Positions 1-9,912 of a DNA stretch of 64,000 nucleotides are shown here, piece by piece. The notes below the pieces were generated by a model, which was not told the origin of the DNA, ran no database searches, and saw nothing but the letters and a program-made list of their open reading frames with translations. Position 1 is the stretch's first letter; each line of letters opens with the position of its first letter. This DNA is from an uncultured Spirochaetota bacterium. Its GTDB lineage: Bacteria > Spirochaetota > Brevinematia > Brevinematales > JAOACQ01. Where the stretch lies: the NCBI GenBank assembly GCA_963768055.1, contig CAVYGN010000001.1, positions 1,248,001 to 1,312,000 of the forward strand. Reading direction: 5' to 3'. The position numbers and the translations under genes are program-made.

Positions 1-605
1 CTGGCGTCTCCGGCCAGGTCGATTAAAAGCTCCCTGGCCCCTTCCTCGAATTCTACCTTGAGTTTTGATAAAACCGAGTCGTCTGAAAGGGCGTTGTTCA
101 AAATGGTATCAAGCTCCTCCTTTGTATGGTTTTTGAATTCATAAATAAAGAGGCGGGACCTCAACGCCGGCTGCATTACGAAATAGGGATTTTCAGTCGT
201 GGCCCCGATTACAGCTATTTCGCCGTTTTCAAGGGATGAAAGAAAAGCGTCCTGTTTCGGCCTGATAAGCCTGTGGATTTCATCTATAAAAACTATCGTT
301 CTGACCCCGGCCGCGGCGCTTTCCTCTGCCGAGGCAAGGATTTTGCGGATGCCGTCATTATCAAGCTGAAGGGCATTTGTCCTTATGAAATCGCAGTTCA
401 GTTCGGCTGCTATAATCTCAGCGAGGCTTGTTTTACCCGTAGCAGGGGGCCCGTAAAATATCATTGAGTAGATAGTTTTGTTTTCAATCATTGTCCGGAC
501 AGGCTTGCCCTTATCAATAAGGTGAGACTGGCCTATAAAATCCTTGAGCGTCTTCGGCATCAGCCTTTTTGAAAGAGGCAGATTGGTATTCAAGAAAAGT
601 TCCAT
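1..605 (-). CDS. rarA: Replication-associated recombination protein A (MgsA/RarA AAA+ ATPase), 5' part; runs off the window
   Basis: Not in the ORF track. Manual translation from ATG at 605 gives MELFLNTNLPLSKRLMPKTLKDFIGQSHLI..., Walker A YGPPATGKTS, then IDEIHR and IGATTENPYF motifs; GGAG RBS upstream. Confidence 0.9.
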   Translation of the reverse strand, partial: MELFLNTNLPLSKRLMPKTLKDFIGQSHLIDKGKPVRTMIENKTIYSMIFYGPPATGKTSLAEIIAAELNCDFIRTNALQLDNDGIRKILASAEESAAAGVRTIVFIDEIHRLIRPKQDAFLSSLENGEIAVIGATTENPYFVMQPALRSRLFIYEFKNHTKEELDTILNNALSDDSVLSKLKVEFEEGARELLIDLAGDA

Positions 606-615
606 CGATCTTCTC

Positions 616-1698
616 CTAAGAACTTTTCATTATCCTCATGAAATCGTCGAAAAGATACCGGGAATCATGAGGCCCCGGAGAAGCTTCCGGATGGTACTGA
701 ACCGAGAACGCCCTGAATTTTTTATGCCTTAAACCCTCGACCGTCCTGTCGTTAAGATTTAAGTGAGTTACTTCTATATCTGACGGTATCGAATCCTCGA
801 CAATTGAAAAACCATGATTCTGGGATGTTATTTCTACACAGCCGGTCGATAAATTTTTTACCGGCTGATTTGCTCCCCTGTGCCCGAATTTAAGCTTGTA
901 AATTTGGGCTCCGGCCGCAAGGCCGAGAAGCTGGTGACCAAGGCAGATCCCGAATATGGGGACCTTGCCGAGAATACCCTTGATGGCGTTTATGGCATAC
1001 CTGACTTCCCTCGGGTCCCCTGGGCCGTTTGCAAGGAAAACCCCGTCCGGCTTCAAATCGAGTATCTGCCTGTCGGTATACATTGCCGGAATCAGTGTGA
1101 TATTCGCCCCCAAAGAGTCGAATATCCTCATGATATTATGTTTCACCCCGGTTTGCACAGCAACTATATGAGGATTGCCGCTTTTAAATTCCTTCCATCT
1201 GACCGGCTTGTCGATCGATACCTGGGGAACGAGATCCAGCCCCGACATATCGGGGACCTTTGACAATTTTTCCTTAAGGCTTTCTATATCGAAATCGATT
1301 GCCGACAGTATGCCGTTCATTGCCCCGGTAATGCGGATTATCCGCGTCAATTTCCTCGTGTCTATCCCCTCGATCCCGGCAACGCTGTTTTTTTCCAGGA
1401 GCTCCCCGATCGTGCCCCTGCTGCTCCAGTTCGAATCTATTTTTGACGCTTCCCTGACAATAAAACCGGCGGCCTGGATTTTTTCAGATTCCATATTATC
1501 CGGATTCACGCCGTAATTGCCGATCAGGGGATATGTCATTGTTATGATCTGCCCTTTATAAGACGGGTCTGTAAGGATTTCCTGGTATCCTGTCATAGCG
1601 GTGTTGAAGACTACCTCGCCCATCGTTTCGCCCTGAAACCCGAAGTTCCTGCCGCGGAATATCTCACCGTTTTTCAGAAGAAGCACGGCTTTACGCAT
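616..1698 (-). CDS. carA: Carbamoyl-phosphate synthase small subunit
   Basis: GEVVFNTAMTGYQE, NGPGDP, GICLGHQ and VQYHPEASPGPHD motifs. Confidence 0.97.
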   Translation of the reverse strand: MRKAVLLLKNGEIFRGRNFGFQGETMGEVVFNTAMTGYQEILTDPSYKGQIITMTYPLIGNYGVNPDNMESEKIQAAGFIVREASKIDSNWSSRGTIGELLEKNSVAGIEGIDTRKLTRIIRITGAMNGILSAIDFDIESLKEKLSKVPDMSGLDLVPQVSIDKPVRWKEFKSGNPHIVAVQTGVKHNIMRIFDSLGANITLIPAMYTDRQILDLKPDGVFLANGPGDPREVRYAINAIKGILGKVPIFGICLGHQLLGLAAGAQIYKLKFGHRGANQPVKNLSTGCVEITSQNHGFSIVEDSIPSDIEVTHLNLNDRTVEGLRHKKFRAFSVQYHPEASPGPHDSRYLFDDFMRIMKSS

Positions 1699-1867
1699 GA
1701 TTTTACTCCCGCCTTAATTATAATATTGAAAACGATTATTCTCAAATAACGGGGGAACGGGGAAACTGGGATTTACACAGAGAGACAGAGGAACGTAGAG
1801 TTTATATTTACTGCTGCTTTATCTGTATTTCTTTCTTTTATTAAATCTGCCGACAACCGGGTGTGGT

Positions 1868-2431
1868 TTACCGCAAACCATGAACCTTCAAATACAGCAG
1901 CGCTATGATCGTCTTCGAGTCTTCTATCTTCCCCTCGTCTATCATCGACAGGGCCTTTTCAAAAGGGACCCTCTCGCAGGCTATGAATTCATCGTCGTCG
2001 GGATCAGTCGAACCGGCCGCGAGGTCCGAAGCTTTGAAAAGGTGCAGCCTCTCCGTGCTGTAGCCCGGGCATGGAAAATACGAGCAGAATAGCTCGAGCT
2101 TTTGGGCTTTATATCCCGATTCCTCGAGCAGTTCCCTTTCCGCGGCCGACTTGAGGTCTTCCGACGGGCTGTCGAGTTTTCCCGCCGGGATTTCGTAAAT
2201 AACCCGCCCTATCGGATACCTGAACTGCCTCACAAGGATAATATCGGTTTTATCGATGAAGGGGACTATTCCGACCGCTTCCGGGTAGAACACATAATCC
2301 TTTTTCGCCTCCCTGCCGTCGGGAAGCCTTACAAGGTCGGATTTAAAGCTGAAAGATTTGCCGGTGTGAATAATTGAACTGTTTATCGTATGCTCTTTTA
2401 AATCGCTAAAATGCGTTCTGCCTGATTTCAT
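1868..2431 (-). CDS. NUDIX hydrolase, ADP-ribose pyrophosphatase-like
   Basis: RQFRYP plus Nudix box EIPAGKLD...AERELLEESGY; DDDEFI. Confidence 0.88.
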   Translation of the reverse strand: MKSGRTHFSDLKEHTINSSIIHTGKSFSFKSDLVRLPDGREAKKDYVFYPEAVGIVPFIDKTDIILVRQFRYPIGRVIYEIPAGKLDSPSEDLKSAAERELLEESGYKAQKLELFCSYFPCPGYSTERLHLFKASDLAAGSTDPDDDEFIACERVPFEKALSMIDEGKIEDSKTIIALLYLKVHGLR

Positions 2432-3830
2432 TCTCGAAACCGCCTTTTGAAAAATTGCTTATCGGCGAAGGGTATTCGCCGTCAAAACAGGCCTTGCAGT
2501 AATCGTCGAATACGGCTTCTTCGTCGAACAATCCTTCAGTGCTAATATAACCGACGGATTCAACCCCGATGAATTTAGCTATTTCTTCCAGAGAACCTGT
2601 TATATTGGCAAGCAATTCCTCGTAAGTTGAAAAATCGATACCGTAATAGCATGGATGTCGTACCGGGGGCGAAGCGACCCTGAAATGGACTTCCGCGGGG
2701 GAACAGCTTCTGACCAGTTTCACGATTTTACGCGAGGTGGTGCCCCTGACTATAGAGTCATCGATCAAAACAACCCTTTTACCCTCGATTATCTCCCTCA
2801 CCGGGATAAATTTCATCTTTACGCCGAAATCCCTTATTTTTTGCGAGGGCTCGATAAATGTTCTGCCTATGTAATGGCTCCTTATTAAACCGAGGGCGAG
2901 CGGAATTTTCGATTCGTGCGAATAGCCCAGCGCAGATACCATACCGGAATCGGGAACAGGGATAATATAATCCGCTTCGACGGGATGTTCCCTCGCCAGT
3001 TTTCTGCCGATTTCAAACCTGTAATTATATACGCTTTTATCAAAAACTTTCGAGGAAGGCTTTGAAAAATATATCAATTCAAAAACGCAATGGTTCGGTT
3101 TTACTTCTTTATCGGTAATCTTGTAACTCTCAATTCCTCTTTCAGTTACCACGGCAATCTCATTGGGCTTCACATCCCTGATTTTCGATGCTTCCACTAT
3201 TGAAAAGGCGCTGTCCTCAGAAGCGAATACTATGGTGTCGCCCATTTCAGGAATATTTGTCCCGATTTTCCCCATCGAAAGCGGGCGGAATCCCATAGGG
3301 TCTCTTGCGGCGATAAGCATGTCCTTTGAAAGAACAAGCAGAGAAAAAGATCCCTCAAGCCGGCCAAGGGCAAATTTCACTGAATCGATAAGGTTATCCG
3401 CAGGGGCATCCGCTATAAGCTGAAGAATGACCTCGCTGTCGCTCGAAGAATGAAAACTCATACCTTTCCCCATCAATTCTTCCCTTATCGCATTTGCGTT
3501 TGTGATGTTGCCGTTATGGGAGATAGCTATGGCCCCCTTGGAAATTGCGGCGGTGATGGGCTGCGCGTTGACCAATGCCGGCGAACCGGTTGTCGAATAC
3601 CTTACATGGCCTATCGAACTGTAGCCCTGAAGATATGAAAGTATGGGCTCGTCAAAAAAGTCGCTTACGCGGCCAAGACCAACCTGTTTATATAAAAATG
3701 AACCGTCCGAACTCACTATGCCGCAGGATTCCTGCCCCCTGTGTTGAAGCACAGTCAGTCCAAGATATACATATCTGGACGCCTCACTTAATCCGAAAAT
3801 CCCGAATACCCCGCATTCTTCCTTTATCAT
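2406..3830 (-). CDS. purF: Amidophosphoribosyltransferase
   Basis: EECGVFG, LQHRGQES, GHVRYST, PRPP motif LIDDSIVRGTTS, YCKACF. Confidence 0.97.
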   Translation of the reverse strand: MIKEECGVFGIFGLSEASRYVYLGLTVLQHRGQESCGIVSSDGSFLYKQVGLGRVSDFFDEPILSYLQGYSSIGHVRYSTTGSPALVNAQPITAAISKGAIAISHNGNITNANAIREELMGKGMSFHSSSDSEVILQLIADAPADNLIDSVKFALGRLEGSFSLLVLSKDMLIAARDPMGFRPLSMGKIGTNIPEMGDTIVFASEDSAFSIVEASKIRDVKPNEIAVVTERGIESYKITDKEVKPNHCVFELIYFSKPSSKVFDKSVYNYRFEIGRKLAREHPVEADYIIPVPDSGMVSALGYSHESKIPLALGLIRSHYIGRTFIEPSQKIRDFGVKMKFIPVREIIEGKRVVLIDDSIVRGTTSRKIVKLVRSCSPAEVHFRVASPPVRHPCYYGIDFSTYEELLANITGSLEEIAKFIGVESVGYISTEGLFDEEAVFDDYCKACFDGEYPSPISNFSKGGFENEIRQNAF

Positions 3831-3851
3831 TTAACCGATTCACCCCCTTCC

Positions 3852-4616
3852 TTATTTTACATAGAGTTTTCTTATTTTCAAATATTCATCTTTTTTAAGC
3901 GGCGAATAAATACAGAACTGGTTCTTGCCCAGGAATTTTGCCTCGTATAATGCATTGTCAGCTTCGTTCTGCAGCTTCTGAAACAACTTATCGATACCTT
4001 CAGGTTCAAGCAATTTTTTTTCTGTAAAATGATACTCTACAAACGATATTCCTGCGCTTACGCTTACAAAAATTTTTTCTCCAATGCATTCAAGGACTAT
4101 GCTTCTGATCTTTTCAAGTATTTTATCACAGAATATTATAGCACCCTTTAAATCCGTCGATGGAAGGATCACATCGAATTCTTCCCCGCCGAAACGGATC
4201 GCGTAGTCCGTAGGCCTTGAATTTCCCCTGATAATAGAAGCTATTTCAATAAGGACCTTGTCGCCGATATCATGGCCGTATTTGTTATTAAAATGGGAAA
4301 AATCGTCGATGTCGAAACGAACAAAGGAAATGGGATACACAATTCCCTTCATTCCAAAAAATATCCTGGATGCCGTTTTTATTATCGTAACAAGGTAATC
4401 GCCCCTGTATTTAAGAAGGTTTGTTTTTTCGTCTATATTGATCTTTTTTTCCAAAAGTTTGTACTTGTCAATAAGAGCAAAATAATCAAGTTCCGAAAGC
4501 CTTAAAGCTTCCACGATATCGTCCGTAACAGCGTCATAATTAAGCAGATGGGTCAGGAGCTGGATATTCCTGATCTGAAACTCGGATAATATTTTTTCTT
4601 CTTTTTTCGGTTTCAT
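3852..4616 (-). CDS. Diguanylate cyclase (GGEEF) with RxxD I-site
   Basis: DIDDFSHFNNKYGHDIGD, RPTD...RFGGEEF, ADNALYEAK. Confidence 0.9.
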   Translation of the reverse strand: MKPKKEEKILSEFQIRNIQLLTHLLNYDAVTDDIVEALRLSELDYFALIDKYKLLEKKINIDEKTNLLKYRGDYLVTIIKTASRIFFGMKGIVYPISFVRFDIDDFSHFNNKYGHDIGDKVLIEIASIIRGNSRPTDYAIRFGGEEFDVILPSTDLKGAIIFCDKILEKIRSIVLECIGEKIFVSVSAGISFVEYHFTEKKLLEPEGIDKLFQKLQNEADNALYEAKFLGKNQFCIYSPLKKDEYLKIRKLYVK

Positions 4617-4630
4617 ATTTTCCTCCTGAG

Positions 4631-7072
4631 TCAGGCCCCTAACACATCCATGGCGGTCTTTACTGCCTCAACTGCGTTGACGGAATAATGCGCTCCGATA
4701 CTGTCCGAGAAATCCCGCGTTACAGCCGCTCCCCCGACAAGGACTTTGAAATTCCTGCCTTTTTCATTCATAAGTTCCATGAATTCTTTCATCCTGGGCA
4801 TTGTAGTTGTCATTAACGCGGACAGCGCGATTAAATCGGCATGATTTTCCATCGCTTTTTCAAGTATAATATCGTTAGGCACATCTTTACCCAGATCTAT
4901 CACATCAAAGCCGTAATTCCTGAATAACAGGATAACAATATTCTTCCCTATATCGTGAACATCGCCTTTAACCGTTGCAAATACTACCCTGCCCTTCGAA
5001 TTGCTTCTGCCGCCCTTGTTCAATAGAGGCTCGATAACAGAAAAGGCTGTTTTCATTGTCTCGGCCGAAAGCATTAATTGCGGAAGAAAATATATTTTTT
5101 TTTCGTAAAGATTGCCGACCTCATTTACCGCGGGCAGTAAAAATTTATTCAAAATATCGTCTGGGCCTATCGGCTCTTTAAGCGCATCCTCAATCAATAT
5201 TGAAATATTCTCTTTGTTCCCCTTTAAAACGGCCTTGTACAACTTTTCCCCGACAGGCAAACTATCCCCTGATTTTTCTTCGTTTATAGTTTTAACTGTC
5301 TTAACACCCGCTTCGTTTTTGTCTTTTTCATAACCCGAGTAAGCGGTAATATATGCAGAGGCGTTGCCGTCCCTTGACAATAAAACATCCGATGCCCTGA
5401 CCATTCCCATCAGCTCGGAATCGAACGGGTTAACTATAGCCGAAGTAAGTCCGTTGGCAATGGCCATCGATAAAAAATTCCTGTTGATGAAAGAACGGGC
5501 GGGCAGGCCGAAGGAAATATTGGAAAGCCCGCATGTTGTGAAAAGGCCCAATTCCTCTTTGAATAATCTTATAGTCTTAAGCGTTTCAGCGGCCCCCTGC
5601 TGCTCAGCGCTTACCGTTAGAACAAGCGGGTCGGCGAGAATATTTTTTTTATCTATGCCGGTCCGAACGGCCTCATCGACTATTTTCCTCATCAAAGCCG
5701 CTCTTTCCCCGGCGGTTTTCGGAATTCCCTTTTCGTCTATCGGCAAAGCTATAAAAGCCGCTCCGTATTTTTTAACATCTTTAAGCAGGCCAAGCCGGCT
5801 CCCTTCGGCAGAAATGGAATTGAGAAGCGGTTTCCCCGGATATATCTTCATTGCAGCAGCAGCTGCCTCCGGATTTGCGGTATCTATTGATAGAGGAGTT
5901 TTAACGAGATTACCCAGGATCTCTATCCCCTTCTCAAAATATAAAGCTTCGGAAATCCCCTCGATTCCCATGTTTAAATCCAGTATCCCGGCTCCCGCAC
6001 TTTCCTGGGCAAGGGCTTCATCCCGGAATAACTCAAAACGCCCTTCCTTAATATCTTCCGATAGTTTTTTACGTGCCGTCGGATTTAATCTTTCCCCTAT
6101 TACAGTGAAAGGCAGGTCGAAGCCTATTTTCCTGACGGAATACCGGCTCGAAAGTTTCATAAAATCAATGACTGCCTTTTTCCTTTTAAGGAAAGGCTGT
6201 TGTTCTGCCGCTCTATCATGGAGAAATTTAATATGGTCGGGAGTCGTTCCGCAGCAGCCTCCTACGGCGTTCGCACCGCATTCAATCATACGGAGGGCGG
6301 TGTCCGCGTAGCTTTCAGGCGTCGTTTTGAAAACCGTTTTCCCGTTCGAAAGGACCGGCTTGCCGGCGTTAGCCTGGGCAATAATTGGAATGGAAATCAG
6401 AGATTCTATTTCACGAATTATCCTGAGCATGTCAATAGGCCCGGTGCCGCAATTGGTTCCGGCCATATCGACTCCGAGGGCTTCCATAAGGGTAAAAGAA
6501 GCACCTGCGGGACTGCCGGTGACTGTTCTTCCGTCCTCTTCGAAAGTAATACTGGCTATTACCGGAAGATCGCAGACTTCCCTGCAGGCTATTATACCCG
6601 CTTTTAATTCCAGTATATCAATGTGGGTCTCGAAAAATATGCAGTCTGCGCCGGCATCGGCGAGAATTTCTATCTGTTCTTTATAAATATCTCCCATCTC
6701 GTCGAAAGATATACTGCCCAGCGGCTTTACGAACTTCCCGGTAGGGCCGACATCTCCGGCGACAAGAGCCCTGTTTTGAGCCGCCTTCTTCGCCAGCTTT
6801 ACAGCCGCCCCGTTTATTTCTTTAAGCCTGTTTTCAAGATTAAACTCGGAAAGCTTTATCCTGTTTCCGCCTAATGTATTTGTAATGATCAGATCGCTTC
6901 CCGCTTCGATATAGCTTCTGTGCACCGATTCGATAATATCACCATTGGTAATATTCCAAAGCTCCGGACAATCCCCGCCTGAGAGACCATACTTTTGAAG
7001 CAGCACTCCCATCGACCCGTCGCTGAAAGCCACGGATCCAAGGGATTTTTCATAAAACTCCTTCCAATTCAC
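4631..7072 (-). CDS. metH: Cobalamin-dependent methionine synthase (Hcy-binding, pterin-binding, cap and B12-binding domains; no AdoMet reactivation domain)
   Basis: DGSMG, GGCCGTTP, IGERLNPT, DVHDIGKNIV, SALMTTT; protein ends after the B12 domain. Confidence 0.88.
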   Translation of the reverse strand: MNWKEFYEKSLGSVAFSDGSMGVLLQKYGLSGGDCPELWNITNGDIIESVHRSYIEAGSDLIITNTLGGNRIKLSEFNLENRLKEINGAAVKLAKKAAQNRALVAGDVGPTGKFVKPLGSISFDEMGDIYKEQIEILADAGADCIFFETHIDILELKAGIIACREVCDLPVIASITFEEDGRTVTGSPAGASFTLMEALGVDMAGTNCGTGPIDMLRIIREIESLISIPIIAQANAGKPVLSNGKTVFKTTPESYADTALRMIECGANAVGGCCGTTPDHIKFLHDRAAEQQPFLKRKKAVIDFMKLSSRYSVRKIGFDLPFTVIGERLNPTARKKLSEDIKEGRFELFRDEALAQESAGAGILDLNMGIEGISEALYFEKGIEILGNLVKTPLSIDTANPEAAAAAMKIYPGKPLLNSISAEGSRLGLLKDVKKYGAAFIALPIDEKGIPKTAGERAALMRKIVDEAVRTGIDKKNILADPLVLTVSAEQQGAAETLKTIRLFKEELGLFTTCGLSNISFGLPARSFINRNFLSMAIANGLTSAIVNPFDSELMGMVRASDVLLSRDGNASAYITAYSGYEKDKNEAGVKTVKTINEEKSGDSLPVGEKLYKAVLKGNKENISILIEDALKEPIGPDDILNKFLLPAVNEVGNLYEKKIYFLPQLMLSAETMKTAFSVIEPLLNKGGRSNSKGRVVFATVKGDVHDIGKNIVILLFRNYGFDVIDLGKDVPNDIILEKAMENHADLIALSALMTTTMPRMKEFMELMNEKGRNFKVLVGGAAVTRDFSDSIGAHYSVNAVEAVKTAMDVLGA

Positions 7073-7103
7073 GAAGGCTTTCTCCTTTCAATATGTCGAT
7101 TAA

Positions 7104-7257
7104 GGGCGCTTTTAATATACCCTAACGGACACCTTCGGCCCTTCGGATAGGAAGCGCACCTGTCCTGGGGCCAGGCACCAGGGCCCATAGGGCAAATATT
7201 ATAAATACACAGTTCTTTTAGAAGATAGGATGATATTCTTGATGCATTAGAACTGCC
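7104..7257 (+). repeat. MITE-like repeat family A, copy 1
   Basis: Imperfect inverted ends GGGCGCTTTTAA / TTAGAACTGCC; 37-nt core AAGCGCACCTGTCCTGGGGCCAGGCACCAGGGCCCAT at 7152-7188. Confidence 0.8.
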
Positions 7258-7381
7258 ATTAATTCTATATTATTTCATTGAAAATTCCTAATTATTGCAG
7301 GAATATATTGACTTACCCGGCTATGGGCAGTATATGGGTTTCAAAGATGTTACAATAAAATAAATTTTATTATATAAACTG

Positions 7382-7426
7382 TTGACAAAATCATTTCAAT
7401 TAGTTACAATGAGTATTCACTCATTG
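7382..7426 (+). promoter_or_regulatory. Sigma70 promoter with overlapping TetR-type operator
   Basis: TTGACA(7382)-N17-TACAAT(7405); palindrome CAATGAGT-attc-ACTCATTG at 7407-7426 directly upstream of the tetR gene. Confidence 0.8.
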
Positions 7427-7441
7427 AGTATGGAGTCATTG

Positions 7442-8029
7442 ATGAACAAATCTAAACGTCTGGAACATAAAGACCAGACTAGAAGGAAACTTATTAAAGC
7501 TGCTTTCAATCAATTCGCTGTCGATGGAATTTTATCCACTAAAACAGCTAAAATAGCGGACGCTGCAGGAGTAGCCCATGGGACGCTCTTTATTCATTTT
7601 CCAACCAGAGAAGACCTGCTGATAACGGTAATATATGAGTTCGGCCAAAAGGTTGCAGGCCGTATTCATGAATTAGCCGCAATAGACGGCTCTATCAGGG
7701 AAATGCTTGATGCGCATCTGAACGGATTGATCGAATATGAAAGTTTTTATAAGAAACTTGTAATTGAAGGGCCTTTACTTCCCGTTGAAGCCAGAATTTC
7801 GCTGGTTATGATCCAATCGGCCATTTCATTCCATTTTATCAAGGCCGCCGAACTGGAAATAGCATCAGGAAAAATCCGAAGTATCCCTCTTCATCTGCTA
7901 TTTAACACCTGGGTTGGACTGATCCATTACTATTTGGTAAATGGGGATATGTTTTCTGACGGAGGTTCTGTCCTGGCAAGGTATAGGGAAGAATTGCTGG
8001 ATCACTATATCAGCTTGATAAGAAAATAA
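7442..8029 (+). CDS. TetR/AcrR family transcriptional regulator
   Basis: HTH IADAAGVAHGTLFIHFPTREDL; start moved to ATG 7442 (GGAG RBS, downstream of the promoter). Confidence 0.9.
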   Translation: MNKSKRLEHKDQTRRKLIKAAFNQFAVDGILSTKTAKIADAAGVAHGTLFIHFPTREDLLITVIYEFGQKVAGRIHELAAIDGSIREMLDAHLNGLIEYESFYKKLVIEGPLLPVEARISLVMIQSAISFHFIKAAELEIASGKIRSIPLHLLFNTWVGLIHYYLVNGDMFSDGGSVLARYREELLDHYISLIRK

Positions 8030-8048
8030 AATATAGGAGGCATATTTC

Positions 8049-8414
8049 ATGCAAAATTACGACAACTTTTTTCTTCCGGTTGACGATTTAAAATCAGCTA
8101 AGGAATATTATGAAAATGTCCTTGGAATGAAAGTCAAGTTTGATTTTTCACCCCAGGGCATGATAGCGTTCCAGGTCGGGAAACTGGAACCGGCTGTAAT
8201 TTTGAAAGACCGGAACAAATTTCCGGATGTTAAACCCGCAATCTGGTTTGTCGTATCCGATGTTGCACAGGAATATCAAAAAATGAAGAAGAAGGGAGTG
8301 TTTTTTTTATCGGAACCATTTAAGATAAAAACAGGCATGGCCGTCGAGTTCGAAGACCCTTTCGGCAACAGAATGGGTATTACCGATTATTCTGGAATTG
8401 AAATTCATAAATAG
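8049..8414 (+). CDS. VOC/glyoxalase family protein
   Basis: V.DL..AKEYYENVLG and FEDPFGNRMGI motifs. Confidence 0.85.
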   Translation: MQNYDNFFLPVDDLKSAKEYYENVLGMKVKFDFSPQGMIAFQVGKLEPAVILKDRNKFPDVKPAIWFVVSDVAQEYQKMKKKGVFFLSEPFKIKTGMAVEFEDPFGNRMGITDYSGIEIHK

Positions 8415-8433
8415 TAATATCAGGAGAAAAAAA

Positions 8434-8679
8434 ATGAAAATTTGTATTGCATGCGGAATGCCAATGATAAAAGAGGAAGAGTTCGCAATGGGCGATATAT
8501 CAAAGGATTATTGCGTTCATTGCGCCCGGTCTGACGGCAGTATGCAGTCTTACGATGAAAAGCTTGAAAGCATGGCAGGGTTTATCATCAAAACCCAGGG
8601 CTTTGATAGAAAAGCGGCCAGGGAAGCTGCAAGAGGAATGATGAGAAAACTTCCGGCTTGGCGGGAGTATCATTTATAA
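8434..8679 (+). CDS. Zinc-ribbon domain protein
   Basis: CIACGMP...YCVHC and C-terminal LPAW; ATG 8434 with AGGAG RBS. Confidence 0.8.
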   Translation: MKICIACGMPMIKEEEFAMGDISKDYCVHCARSDGSMQSYDEKLESMAGFIIKTQGFDRKAAREAARGMMRKLPAWREYHL

Positions 8680-9897
8680 AGACCGGTTGATTTTCAGCCC
8701 CTTCTTCTTCAACTCAGGAAATATTTTTTCTATTTCGGCAATGATTTGAGACGATACGGGCGGGCATCCCCTGATGAATATCCCTCCCTCTTTATCATTG
8801 CGCCTGATAGTACAGTTTCCGATGAGGAGGGTACCTTCAGGCTGTTTTCCTATCGCCTTCCCGATTGCGATCCGAAGCGGCTTTCCGGGATCGAGATAAT
8901 CGGCGAAATCGGAGTAATAACGCTTCAGGAACATCAGGACTGTCGAAAGGCAGGCGCTGCAGGAATCCATATCTTCGACAACAATATTCGAATATTCAAG
9001 GGTTATTTTTTTGGGGGGCGCTTCGAAGGCTTCAATCCATTTTATATAATCTGCCGGGTCGGCATCTATTTTATTATTGATATCAAACCTTTTGTCCTTG
9101 ATATTAAGCATTTTCCAGGCTTCTCTAAGGTGGATCACTTCCCCCGGTTTAAAACCCATCAGTTCGACCCCAATCGTATCGGCGGCAAGACAGTTCAGCG
9201 AGGCCAGGACAATACCGGTTTTCCTGGCATTGCCGGCGCTGGGCCCCATGCCTTCCTGCGCTATTGAACCGTCAATAATTGTAAAATCAGGCATCAGTAC
9301 GCTTGCCATATCCGCTATGGCATAATCCAGCGGTTTCCCGGGCTCCTCAACCTCTTCCGACGGGGAAAGCTGATGCAGTTTGACCTTTTCCCTTCCGAAA
9401 AGGCACCCCTTCATGTTTTTAATCCCAAGCGAAACCTGTGTATGCATGTGCGTCTTCATTACAGGAACAGAAACAATGAAATTATCTTTCAGGATTTCCC
9501 TGCAGACCCTTATTTTATTTATTACCCTGCCCCCGGGAATATTGATAGTTTCATATCCCGAAGAATCAAGATCAATAAGCTCGACACCTCTCTTTCTCGC
9601 TGCTTCCGCAATACCGCTTTTTTCAAGAGATTCCAGGGCCCTGACCCCTATTATTGGGCTTTCGGCCACCGCAATGTTTTTTAATCCGGCCGCTATAAAG
9701 TGGTCGATAACGCCCGCGACGGCTTCCGGGTTTGTATTTATACCCCGGCCCGGCCCGGCCATTCTTCCGGCATTGGGCTTGATGAGAACACGCCTGTCGT
9801 TTATCCCGAGCTGATTAACCGGAAATTCCTGCAGAACCTCCCGGACTAAAACATATGCATCGTCACCTTTTCTGATCACTACTTTATTGAAATTCAC
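8674..9897 (-). CDS. DUF362 Fe-S protein with Cys-rich C-terminal extension
   Basis: VLIKPN, PVMKTH, SLGIKNMKG, EGMGP; C-terminal CSAC...GNC...GCPP. Confidence 0.8.
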   Translation of the reverse strand: MNFNKVVIRKGDDAYVLVREVLQEFPVNQLGINDRRVLIKPNAGRMAGPGRGINTNPEAVAGVIDHFIAAGLKNIAVAESPIIGVRALESLEKSGIAEAARKRGVELIDLDSSGYETINIPGGRVINKIRVCREILKDNFIVSVPVMKTHMHTQVSLGIKNMKGCLFGREKVKLHQLSPSEEVEEPGKPLDYAIADMASVLMPDFTIIDGSIAQEGMGPSAGNARKTGIVLASLNCLAADTIGVELMGFKPGEVIHLREAWKMLNIKDKRFDINNKIDADPADYIKWIEAFEAPPKKITLEYSNIVVEDMDSCSACLSTVLMFLKRYYSDFADYLDPGKPLRIAIGKAIGKQPEGTLLIGNCTIRRNDKEGGIFIRGCPPVSSQIIAEIEKIFPELKKKGLKINRSL

Positions 9898-9912
9898 TCT
9901 TTTATTTACTCC

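Noticed and set aside
5364..6311. 315-aa plus-strand ORF and the many other short ORFs opposite real genes
   Set aside because: Antisense shadows of well-supported genes, with no motifs or RBS.
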